A stretch of 64,000 nucleotides of DNA from a virus (lineage: Duplodnaviria; Heunggongvirae; Uroviricota; Caudoviricetes). A program made the position numbers and the translations under genes. Location of the stretch: the IMG/VR virus record IMGVR_UViG_3300037400_004417; one strand, given 5' to 3'. This document shows, in pieces, positions 42,238 to 51,507 of this stretch (within the stretch, counting starts at the first letter, position 1; the number at the start of each line of letters is the position of its first letter). Under the pieces are notes generated by a model. The model did no database searches and had not been told where the DNA came from. It saw only the letters and a list, made by a program, of their open reading frames with translations.

Positions 42238-42333
42238 ACCATGGTTTCCCTGCATATCTACTAATGGATATCTTTGTTTAAAATCCTGAGACATATTTAC
42301 CATTGCTTCATATACTGATTGATCTCCATGAGG
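42238..42333 (-). CDS. gyrA: gyrA micro-exon (32 codons: [32 protein letters not shown])
   Basis: supplies the conserved PHGDSAVYD..RY.LVDGQGNFG block missing between the flanking exons; absent from the ORF track. Confidence 0.65.
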
Positions 42334-42635
42334 CAATTATATTACAAATATAATCTGACTATATCATCATCTTTGTTTTATACCAAAGAGCTAGGCGCTT
42401 CATGACAAGGAAATTCACCTTATTCATTACACTCTTATTTGAGTTAGTCGATTGACCTACTATTATATATAATAGATTGGCACAGGATAAAGCTAATTCA
42501 ACTGTCCCCTGTTAGCACTATCATTATATGTCATTTCCTACATACACAATTAATCGTTGATAGCACACCTTACATAATTATAAGTTCACCTAGTTTTCAT
42601 TATGATTCTCATCATAATGCCACCCGATTTCACAA
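42334..42635 (-). ncRNA. group I intron, gyrA intron 1 (family C, ORF-less)
   Basis: exon 1 ends ...GRYH (CAT, U) at 42636; intron ends G at 42334; S ctgactatatca (42357), R tagtcgattgac (42440); about 85% similar to nrdD intron 1. Confidence 0.65.
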
Positions 42636-42866
42636 ATGGTATCGCCCGAGGCATTCACCTACTGTTCTTGCACTCTTTTTATATGAAGTATTAGCATGTA
42701 GTCCTAATCCATTTAAAGACTGAAGTATTCTTCTCTGCACTGGTTTTAAACCATCTTCTGCAGCTGGAATGGCTCTTCCTTCAATTACGTCTTTTGCATA
42801 CAATAAATAATTCGTATACATATGTTCCGCAAAAGAAACTTCTTCTATATTTTTAACTTCGTTCAT
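42636..42866 (-). CDS. gyrA: DNA gyrase subunit A, exon 1
   Basis: [11 protein letters not shown]...[15 protein letters not shown]. Confidence 0.75.
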
Positions 42867-42884
42867 GGTCGTATTTCCTCTCTA

Positions 42885-43556
42885 TTATTCTGAAATATTA
42901 TTTTCTGCGTTAATAACTTCAATAGAGTTAGCAGAAATTTCCTGTACAGAATATTCTAAAATATGGCCATTTTCTTCTTTACTGTAAGTTCTTGTCTGGA
43001 AACGTCCAATAGCTTTAATTTCGTCTCCAATTTTTAGATTCTTGGCTTCTTTTGCGACATTCCCCCAGCAAATTACGGGAATATAAAAACTCTTATTTCT
43101 CTTTAAATTGCACGCTACTGTTAAGTCTGTAATATATCTGCCAGTCTTAGATGTTTTACGGTATCTTGGTTCTTTAGAAATATAGCCTGTTAATTCAATA
43201 ATGTTTTGAGTTTTTCTTTCTGGTACTCTTTCATCGGAAAGAATATTATATTCTCTAACATATCCATAAACAAATCTATAACTACGCTCATTGAAAGTTC
43301 TATATTTAACTCTAACATCTCCTTTGACTTCAATAAAATCTCCTACTTTAATAGGAGTGGCCTTGATTAAGTCATTAGAAATTGTTAAAGGTAAAACATC
43401 AGTAGTACTGCTTAAACGATCAACTTCAAGCTTAATATTTGTATAACTATTTTCGTTGTTTTTACTAATATTATCTTCAATTTCTAAAACAACACCGTAA
43501 AGATACATCTTATTTTCATTAATATTTACTTGACTCATAAAAAACGTACACTCCAA
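42885..43556 (-). CDS. SSB-like protein with two OB-fold regions
   Basis: C-terminal half NIIELTGYISKEPRYRKTSKTGRYITDLTVACN...VICWGNVAKEAKNLKIGDEIKAIGRFQTRTY is a canonical SSB OB fold. Confidence 0.45.
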   Translation of the reverse strand: MECTFFMSQVNINENKMYLYGVVLEIEDNISKNNENSYTNIKLEVDRLSSTTDVLPLTISNDLIKATPIKVGDFIEVKGDVRVKYRTFNERSYRFVYGYVREYNILSDERVPERKTQNIIELTGYISKEPRYRKTSKTGRYITDLTVACNLKRNKSFYIPVICWGNVAKEAKNLKIGDEIKAIGRFQTRTYSKEENGHILEYSVQEISANSIEVINAENNISE

Positions 43557-43632
43557 TCTGTATTAAATTATATTATATATACAGATTGTATATCCATAAC
43601 TTAATACAGATATACAATCTGTTTGTCGTATA

Positions 43633-43797
43633 TCATAAATTTTGAAGAATATATTCTCTTCTTGCTTCTACATTATTACTCATACAAATTTCTAAAGCAT
43701 TTGCGGCGCTTTCACAATCATCTATCGTGATTCTCTTTAATCTGGCAATTTCAGGATTCATGGTTGTCTCCCAAAGCTGTTCAGGATTCATTTCTCC
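43633..43797 (-). CDS. gyrB: DNA gyrase subunit B, exon 4 (C-terminus)
   Basis: minus-strand translation (L)GEMNPEQLWETTMNPEIARLKRITIDD...; no ATG, so absent from the ORF track. Confidence 0.7.
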   Translation of the reverse strand, partial: GEMNPEQLWETTMNPEIARLKRITIDDCESAANALEICMSNNVEARREYILQNL

Positions 43798-44058
43798 TAC
43801 ATGTTTTTTCTTATGTTACCATAAGCACTGACTATTTCTTCGTTGAATATTTCAACGTTATCTTTTTCCCAATGCGTATCAATAGCATCAGTACTTCCCG
43901 ACAAAGGGAATAGTCGATACAGGATTAAGTATTTTTTACTTTTTCCCACGAGACATTCCTAAAAATATTTAGGACGGCCCTCGTTAGCTATATTAATGGT
44001 AATTATTAATATAACCCCGCTGATAAACGGAAAAGATAATAAGGGCTCGGATTCTCTA
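43798..44058 (-). ncRNA. group I intron, gyrB intron 3 (short, ORF-less)
   Basis: exon 3 ends KG + T (U), intron ends G at 43798; together these restore RYKGLGEMNPEQLW; R/S-like ggaatagtcgatac and cactgactatttc. Confidence 0.55.
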
Positions 44059-44275
44059 ACCCTTTATAGCGACTTACGCTATAACCATTCGTATCAAAAG
44101 CGTCCAATTCTTCTTTTGTATATAAATAATGTACTTCTTCTTTGTTTTTACTTATCTTCCTTGATACTTTAAATAGTGGTGGACAAGCCGCATATAAATA
44201 TCCAGCTTCTATAATAGGTCTCATATAATGATAAAAGAACGACATATGTAAGCAAGCAATATGCCCGCCATCAAC
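44059..44275 (-). CDS. gyrB: DNA gyrase subunit B, exon 3
   Basis: VDGGHIACLHMSFFYHYMRPIIEAGYLYAACPPLFKV...RYKG. Confidence 0.75.
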
Positions 44276-45446
44276 CGATTATACCCTTGCTTTTGCAATA
44301 TTTAAAAATTCATCATATATTTCTTTTTTTCTATCTAAATAAATGGTTGCATCTAAATACATAATGTTTAAAATTTTATATAATTGAATATTTCCTCCAA
44401 TATGTAATTCAAATGCATTATTATGAGGTACGATTTTTAAATTGTTTTTATTGAAATAACTAGATATACCTTTTAACATATCTTTAGTTCCAGTAAAACC
44501 CAAACAATATTTTTTTTGGTTATTGTAATTGTAATATGATAAAGATCCATCACCATCAAAATATCCTCGAATAAAATGATGTATTAAATCTTTCGGAACA
44601 ATATTGTCTGTTGGAAAATTTAATAAATATGTTTTGTGTTCGGCAACACCTTTATCTTTTAAATCATTTACAGTTTTGCTACTTGTTAACAGTATTTTTG
44701 CGAACATATTTTCTTTTGCAAATCCACTACCTTTATATATTTTAATAGGATTTGTAGCTTCAATATCTTTTTTAAATTTATATAAATGATTTATCTCTGA
44801 ATGTTTTAAAGTTATACCTATTTTTTGATTTGAATTTTCTCTTTTTGATTCAATAAAACCATCAGCATATAAAAATCCTAACCAATAAGCTTTATGCTCT
44901 GTATTTATTGTTTCAAAAAAAGATTCATTATGAAAATATTTTCTAGAATTTATAGAATTATTTCTAATTGTGATATTATGTTCTTTTAAAATATTCGATA
45001 GAGTTTTTCTATCATGATTGTATTTCTTTTCTAAAGAACGTAAAGATATGTTATTTTCATAATCAACAATTAAATTTTGCAATTCATTTATTGATAGATT
45101 TAATTTTTTTGCCATAAATACCATTCCTTTGTTATATATTTATATATTTATTACTACAAAGTAAATGATATTTATACAAATGGCGTAAATATATTTAATG
45201 TATAGGGTCTAGATCATATCTTCACCATATTTTTATATTGTCATAAAAACTTAGGTTGCTCCACTTCCTTCTTAAAATATATTATTTAGAAGTAAGTCCG
45301 AATGGACTGATCGTTGAACCTTCTTTATTTATTATAAAGATTGGCTGCGAATTGTCCATTTAATTTAAATAATAAAAAATGGATATCCTCGCAATTCAGA
45401 GCTCTTTAAATTATATCTTTCGATATAATACGACTGTTAAAATTCA
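44276..45446 (-). mobile_element. group I intron, gyrB intron 2 (family A), with a LAGLIDADG HEG whose stop lies 3 nt from the 3-prime splice site
   Basis: exon 2 ends ...MNDAD (GAT, U) at 45447; intron ends G at 44276; S ctagatcatatcttca (45215), R gactgatcgttgaacc (45307), ggctgcgaattgtcc (45343). Confidence 0.7.
44279..45124 (-). CDS. double-motif LAGLIDADG homing endonuclease with N-terminal HTH
   Basis: YWLGFLYADGFI and FIRGYFDGDGSLS. Confidence 0.8.
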   Translation of the reverse strand: MVFMAKKLNLSINELQNLIVDYENNISLRSLEKKYNHDRKTLSNILKEHNITIRNNSINSRKYFHNESFFETINTEHKAYWLGFLYADGFIESKRENSNQKIGITLKHSEINHLYKFKKDIEATNPIKIYKGSGFAKENMFAKILLTSSKTVNDLKDKGVAEHKTYLLNFPTDNIVPKDLIHHFIRGYFDGDGSLSYYNYNNQKKYCLGFTGTKDMLKGISSYFNKNNLKIVPHNNAFELHIGGNIQLYKILNIMYLDATIYLDRKKEIYDEFLNIAKARV

Positions 45447-46646
45447 ATCTGCATCGTTCATTAATATTATCTTATGATATCTTAATTTATCTAAATTAAA
45501 TTCTTCGCCTATCCCACACTTTAAAGCCTTTACTAAATCCATAATTTTTGGGCTTTTTAAAATTTTATCTAAGGTAGTTTTAGTAGAGTTTAAACCTTTA
45601 CCAAAAAATGGCAAGATTGCTTGAGTTCTTCTATCTCTTCCACCTTTAGCACTACCTCCTGCAGAATCGCCCTCTACTATAAATAGCATACATTCTTCGG
45701 GATTTTTAGAGCTACAGTCTGCTAATCCTTCTACGTGTCCACTATCTATAGCTTTAACACCTCTAGCGGTATCACGTGCTTTTCTAGCTGCTTCTCTAGC
45801 TTTTGCAGCCTTTAAAACTTTTTCAATAATTAAAGTACTTCTATTTTTATCTTGAGATAAGAAATCATATATATATTCTTCTATAGCCTCTTTTACGGAA
45901 GAATATATGTTTTTCATTCTAAGACGGCCTTTTCCCTGTCCTTCAAAAACAGGGTCCTTTAATTTAACAGAGACTATAGCTGTTAAACCTTCCTGACAAT
46001 CATCACTCGTGATTTGGCTAGCTTCTTTGATATGATTATATTCTAAAGCATATTTTCTAATTGCGTTAAATAATCCTGCTTTAAACCCTGTCTCATGATC
46101 GCCACCATAAATAGTGATTACATCATTAACGAAAGATTTAATATTAGGAGAAAATGTTTCAATATAAGACATAGCTATATCTATATCGACATTTCTCTCT
46201 ATATTCTCATTATTAAACTTTATAGTATACTGAGACGTCTTAGAGAAACTAATAGGTTCCAGTATCGGTGTTTTATTTGCGATAGATTCTTTTACATATC
46301 CAATTAATCCCTCCGGATAACAATAAGATTCATCTATCTTTACCGGCTTATTATCCTTATCTACAGAATCTACATAATAATTTAAAGTTAACCCTGGATT
46401 TAAATAGGCTAATCTTTTTATATGTTTATTTAATTCGATAAAATCGAACCATTCATCTTGCCATATATCTGAATCAGGGATAAAATGTATTTCTGTTCCC
46501 GTTACATCTTTCTCTATCTGTTCTCCTGTTTCATATAAAGGCTTCGTTAATAATCCTTTAGAATATTCAATAGCATATTCTTTTCCATTAGTTCTAACTA
46601 CTGCTTTAAAGAAATCAGATGTAGCATTTACACAACTTATACCTAC
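45447..46646 (-). CDS. gyrB: DNA gyrase subunit B, exon 2 (transducer and Toprim)
   Basis: VGISCVNATS..., EGDSAGGSAKGGRDRRTQAILP, KLRYHKIILMNDAD. Confidence 0.8.
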
Positions 46647-46902
46647 CATTTATGTTCGATTAAGGTCGCTAATCTTAATCCGTTCTCCTACGAACTGCTT
46701 TATGTTTCCATAAAGATCAGACTATATCTTTTTCGATTTTTCTTGAAAGTTTCTGTTTCCATTCGCTTGAATGTACGGCTTATTGCCTAGTCGTTGAACT
46801 CTATTATATAATATCAGCTGCTGATTGTCCTTATATTATAATATAAGGGGATTCCAGCATTTAAGAAACTTTTACAACGGCATATTTTTTTTATGCGGTT
46901 TT
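46647..46902 (-). ncRNA. group I intron, gyrB intron 1 (family A, ORF-less)
   Basis: exon 1 ends ...SGLNG (GGT, U) at 46903; intron ends G at 46647; exon 2 starts VGISCVNA, restoring GLNGVGISCVNA; S cagactatatcttt (46715), R gcctagtcgttgaac (46790), gctgctgattgtcc (46817). Confidence 0.7.
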
Positions 46903-47238
46903 ACCGTTTAAACCTGAAGTATTTGTTGTGTATCCATCTTGTGATGAAAACTTGCCACCTGCATGTAAAGAGCCTATTGCAAGCTCAATTTGACGTTTAT
47001 CTTCATATCCTGGAGTTTTAGAATATCCAATAGGGATACCGCCGCCATTATCTTCTACGATAACTTCTTTATCTATGATAGCGGTGGTTATGATAGAACA
47101 TCTCCCGGCGCTCGCTTCATCTCTAGAATTATCTAAAGCCTCATTAATACAATGATCAATAGAAGGGAGATACATTCCTCTTCTCATTCTAACATTGTCT
47201 GGAAAATCTAATACGCTTATTTGTGCTTGTTCCGCCAT
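46903..47238 (-). CDS. gyrB: DNA gyrase subunit B, exon 1 (GHKL ATPase N-terminus)
   Basis: VRMRRGMYLPS...EALDNSRDEA...VEDNGGGIP...LHAGGKF. Confidence 0.8.
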
Positions 47239-47433
47239 AATTAAGAATCACCATCTTTATTTTTTTGTTCACGAAAGTTCTTTCTATAATCTTCTAATGC
47301 CTGAGAATATATCTTATACATAAATTCACTATCAGCATCTTCTAATATATTTTCAGAATCTTCGTCTAATGTTTCAAGCAATTTAGCCATGTCGTTGATG
47401 TCGATAATAAAGCATCACCCTTATAGCATATTT

Positions 47434-47841
47434 TTAGTCGTCTTCTAATTCTGTTGCTTCAGGAATAGCTCCAGAAATATATCTTAATAAAGCTTCGGCT
47501 ATAGCTTTTAAATTTGCTTTATAGCCTAAACTATTATTAACTTCTGCAGTAATGGTTCTTGGAATATAATGCTTATCAGACTGTTTGGCTAATTCATACA
47601 TTTCCTCACAAATTGCTACTGCATAAATAAATTCTTTAAAATTACTACTAATTTTCTTTATAGCTTTAATAGTATAATGATATCCTTGGAATTCTATTTT
47701 TGAGCATTGATCTGGTCGAAGTAATATATCTGTCGATATTTGTTCAGCTATTGCTTCTATTTCTTCTTCCAGAGCGAGAGGAGCATCAATATACTGATGC
47801 TCCAATTCCTGCTGTATAGAATTTAACTCTTGTAAGTCCAT
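47434..47841 (-). CDS. hypothetical protein
   Basis: 135-aa ORF. Confidence 0.4.
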   Translation of the reverse strand: MDLQELNSIQQELEHQYIDAPLALEEEIEAIAEQISTDILLRPDQCSKIEFQGYHYTIKAIKKISSNFKEFIYAVAICEEMYELAKQSDKHYIPRTITAEVNNSLGYKANLKAIAEALLRYISGAIPEATELEDD

Positions 47842-47883
47842 AAACTCTACTACAACTCCCTGAAATTAAAGAGAATATTAAAA

Positions 47884-48333
47884 TTAAATTCTCTTATTCT
47901 TTAAACGATTAGAAAGAGCGGCTCTACTAGCCTTCTTATCTTCAGCACTTGATTCAGCCTTTGTGTCTTCTTCTGTATTGCTCTTTGGACCAACCTGACG
48001 AACATTATCTACATTAAGGAATAATTCTCCGTAATGCATATTTCCATCTTCATCCTCCCAGTTGTTATCCTTGCGAATTTCACCGACAATTGCGACATAA
48101 TCACCACGATTAATGTAATTATGCATAAAAGTAGCATTATGCCCCCACGCCTTGAATGGAATCAGATCCTCTGGATAATACTCATCATCCTTACCCTTAA
48201 GACTTCTTCTAATAGAAACACTACCCTGCATAAAATTCTTTGTTGGATCGGAAGCATTCTCCTTAAAATTATAACGAATCTTATCAGTGTTAGGGATACG
48301 GCCAATGCAATTAAAAGTGTTAAATGGATTCAT
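47884..48333 (-). CDS. ssb: single-stranded DNA-binding protein SSB
   Basis: MNPFNTFNCIGRI...DLIPFKAWGHNATFMHNYINRGDYVAIVGEIRKDNNWEDEDGNMHYGELFL plus acidic tail; start taken at the internal Met. Confidence 0.6.
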   Translation of the reverse strand: MNPFNTFNCIGRIPNTDKIRYNFKENASDPTKNFMQGSVSIRRSLKGKDDEYYPEDLIPFKAWGHNATFMHNYINRGDYVAIVGEIRKDNNWEDEDGNMHYGELFLNVDNVRQVGPKSNTEEDTKAESSAEDKKASRAALSNRLKNKRI

Positions 48334-48399
48334 AGTTATTTTCTCCTTGTGTTTTAAATAAAAATAATAATACAATAAGCTTATTTAAAAAGACAAACA

Positions 48400-49029
48400 T
48401 CAATCTTCTTCAGTTTCGAGACCCTGCAGATAAAGCAAGAAACCACGAATATTAAGAGGATTTAATTCGTCTGCACTAGTATACTTTCCTTCAGAAAATG
48501 CAGATACGATATTATTTACTTCATCTTCTCCATACATTTCAATCTTTTCAGACAAAATAGTTAATTCAGAATCAAAATAAGCGAAAGCCTCGTCAGTCCA
48601 CTCTTCTGTCCATTCTGGTTCCTGTTCGGTCGTTGAAGTTGGCTTCTTATCTTCATTCTTACTATCTTCTGTTACCTTATCTGGCTTTGGAGTTAAAGTC
48701 TCCTTGGCATCAAGCTTCTCTACCTTATCTTCCTTGGTTTCTTTAGCTGTCTTTGTAGAAGTAGTAGATTTCTTCTTAGTATTACTGTTTCTAGTCTCAG
48801 AAGTCTTAGCCTTGTCTTCGCTGCCCATATTAGTGATTTCTTCTACAGTATCTACGGAAACAGCAGATTCCATATTGCTTGGGACAAAAGACTGTCCATT
48901 AATAGCGTGTGCTAAAGCATTTGCGATATTTGCTAAAGCATTTGCCTTCTGACAAGGATCTGAAATACCTCCAGCTGCCTTATATGCTTCATTAATTACT
49001 TCACTAAACATATCATGAATCTTACTCAT
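48400..49029 (-). CDS. acidic hypothetical protein
   Basis: 209-aa ORF, K/E/T-rich centre. Confidence 0.4.
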   Translation of the reverse strand: MSKIHDMFSEVINEAYKAAGGISDPCQKANALANIANALAHAINGQSFVPSNMESAVSVDTVEEITNMGSEDKAKTSETRNSNTKKKSTTSTKTAKETKEDKVEKLDAKETLTPKPDKVTEDSKNEDKKPTSTTEQEPEWTEEWTDEAFAYFDSELTILSEKIEMYGEDEVNNIVSAFSEGKYTSADELNPLNIRGFLLYLQGLETEED

Positions 49030-49068
49030 ATTTTCTATTCTCCTATTTACTTAATTAGTTATTTTTCT

Positions 49069-49874
49069 TTATCCAACAGCTAATTCGTCAAAGTTATCTT
49101 TAACGATTATTTCATTAGTGTTTGGATCTACATCTACTATAATCTCTTTACTGCCTTTAAAATCTGGCATTTTATACATCGTATCCATTAAGATATTTTC
49201 AACGATACCTCTAAGAGATCTTGCTCCTGTCTTCATCTCAATGGCTTTATTGGCAATTTTTCTTAAAGCTTCATCAGTAAAAGTTAAAGTAGCAGCATTA
49301 GCTCTAAAAATATTCTTATACTGCTTTACCAATGAGTTCTTTGGTTCAGTTAAAATCTTAGTTAAAGCTTCTTCAGATAGAGTTTGTAAGGAACATATTA
49401 CAGGGAATCTACCTAATAACTCCGGCAACATACCATATTTACGTAGGTCTTCGGCTTTAATATCCAAAATTAAATCGTTAAAAGCCTTTTCTTCGTCTAA
49501 CTGTATTGTCGTACCAAAACCCAAGGTAGAACCAGATGTTTTCTTCTGTCTCTTAGCGATAATCTTCTCAATACCTTCAAATGCTCCGCCTACAATAAAT
49601 AATACATTTTCAGTATTGAACTTAAAGGTTTCTGCATTCGGATGATGTCTTTGTCCTTTTGCGGCTACTTCTACTACTGTTCCCTCTACGAACTTCAATA
49701 ATCCCTGCTGTAAATCTTCATGACTAGGATCTGCAGAAGTAGAAGCGCTCTCTCCTTTTCTAGAACACTTATCTATTTCGTCAATGTAAACAATACCACG
49801 TTCTGCCTTAGAAATGTCTCCATTAGCAGCATTCACTAGGTCTTTTAAAATTGACTCGAGGTCTCGACCTACAA
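49069..49874 (-). CDS. clpX: ClpX ATP-dependent protease ATPase subunit, exon 2
   Basis: VGRDLESILKDLVNAANGDISKAERGIVYIDEIDK...GLLKFVEGT...; listed start is GTG within the exon. Confidence 0.8.
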
Positions 49875-50262
49875 CTAATTATTTTTATCTTGCGATTTTT
49901 TATTCGCAACTCTGGAGATTGCTCTCATTTTCATCGATTAGTTATTTCCAATCCAGTATAGCATACCTTTTTATATAGTCTTTAATAAAATCATTAAAGA
50001 TTCAACTACAAATATAAAGCGGCCTCTTGGGAGTATTATATCTTTTCAACTCCTATGCGTTGCCCCTGGTTAAACGAATTATTATTTTACGTTTATCATT
50101 AATTTCCGGCATTATCCTTTATATAATTTAGCTACTTAAATTTGTAGCACCTTCGGTTCTGATTAGGTTGTATTTAACCCTTCCAGCTTAATTCCGCTTT
50201 TATAATCTATGGCTTTCTTGTAGTCTTTAACCATAGACGGCTATTTGTTTTTCAAATAAATA
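49875..50262 (-). ncRNA. group I intron (family B, ORF-less) in clpX
   Basis: exon 1 ends ...SSTG + TT (U) at 50263; intron ends G at 49875; the join restores TGFVGRD (ClpX AGYVGED); family-B motifs at 49895, 50010, 50150. Confidence 0.7.
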
Positions 50263-50755
50263 ACCCAGTCGAACTAAAACTCGTTATGTCCTCTATTACG
50301 AATGGTAAACCCAATGCTTGTGCTAATCTTTTTATTAATAAAGTTTTACCAGAGCCAGTTGAACCAACCATTAAGATATTGCTCTTTTCAATATCGTCGC
50401 TTCCTTCGATACCCATTTTCTTCATTCTTAATCTTAAGAAATGGTTATATATAGCGACAGCAATTGTCTTCTTTGCATTTTCCTGTCCGATTACGTAATT
50501 ATCAAGATATTCTTTTAACCCTGCAGGAGTTTGCTTTATCTCGTTAGTGCCTGCTGAAATGGTTTCATTCTCCTTCTTTGTTTCTTCTACGACTGCGATA
50601 TGTTTAAAACCAGAATATACATTTGTCGCACAATTAAAACATAAGCAGTTTCCAGTTAACCCTTGTACTAAAAAATTAGAGGTATTTTCTTCTGCGGAAA
50701 TAGGTTTACCGCAAAACAAACATTTAGTATCGTTTGTAATAATATTTTTATTCAT
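50263..50755 (-). CDS. clpX: ClpX, exon 1 (zinc-binding N-domain, Walker A)
   Basis: CLFCGKP...CFNC zinc finger; LKEYLDNYVIGQENAKKTIAVAIYNHF; ILMVGSTGSGKTLL. Confidence 0.8.
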
Positions 50756-50809
50756 ATTTTTTATTTTTGTCCTCGTGTATGTGCATAAATAATTGGTTCC
50801 GTGAAAAAA

Positions 50810-51442
50810 TCAATTTGTCCCGTCGTGTCTAGTAACGATTTTGTCAATTAAGCCATATTCTAATGCCTCCTCTGCTGTCATATAACAATCTCGATCCATA
50901 TCTTCTAAAAGATCTTCATATTTCTGTCCTGTATGTTTTACATATAACTTAGTCAGGACTTCCTTTGTATGTTTCATGTGTTCCCAGACAATTTCCATAT
51001 CCGAAGCCATACCCTGAGAACCACCACTAGGCTGATGAATCATGATATTAGAATGAGGTAATGCCATTCTCTTACCTTTAGTTCCACCCATTAAAAGCAA
51101 AGAACCCATAGATGCCGCCAAACCTACACATACAGTTCTTACATCGCAAGTAATATATTGCATTGTATCGTAAATACCTAAACCAGTATCTACTTGGCCG
51201 CCAGGACTATCAATATACATAGTAATATCTGCTTTTGGATCTTCATGTTCCAATAAAATTAACTGAGCCTTAATAGCATTAGCCAAATTAGGTTCAATTG
51301 GTCCAGTTACATAAATAATTCTTTCTTGCAAGAGTCTTGAATAAATATCCATCGCTCTTTCGGATCTACCATCTCTCTGGATTACCATAGGCGCATAGTA
51401 ATCATTAATAATAGTATTGTTGTGCATAGTTAAAATCTCCAA
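50810..51442 (-). CDS. clpP: ClpP protease proteolytic subunit
   Basis: IDSPGGQV, GLAASMGS (catalytic Ser), MIHQP (catalytic His). Confidence 0.85.
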   Translation of the reverse strand: MEILTMHNNTIINDYYAPMVIQRDGRSERAMDIYSRLLQERIIYVTGPIEPNLANAIKAQLILLEHEDPKADITMYIDSPGGQVDTGLGIYDTMQYITCDVRTVCVGLAASMGSLLLMGGTKGKRMALPHSNIMIHQPSGGSQGMASDMEIVWEHMKHTKEVLTKLYVKHTGQKYEDLLEDMDRDCYMTAEEALEYGLIDKIVTRHDGTN

Positions 51443-51507
51443 TAAAAAACTTAAGTATTAGGCATAAAGGGATAGAACTTTTCGTTCACCCCCTATCCAC
51501 ATGTAAA

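Noticed and set aside
16660-42590. Recurrent motif ttcacctag(t) near 16665, 42578 and 57272, considered as a regulatory site
   Set aside because: Lies within the 5-prime portion of family C introns and the orphan element; probably part of intron P1/P2 structure rather than an independent site
41166-42630. Initial reading of gyrA as one hybrid intron with a family C 5-prime half and family B 3-prime half
   Set aside because: Two complete R/S sets and an in-frame 32-codon segment encoding the missing PHGD..QGN block show these are two introns flanking a micro-exon
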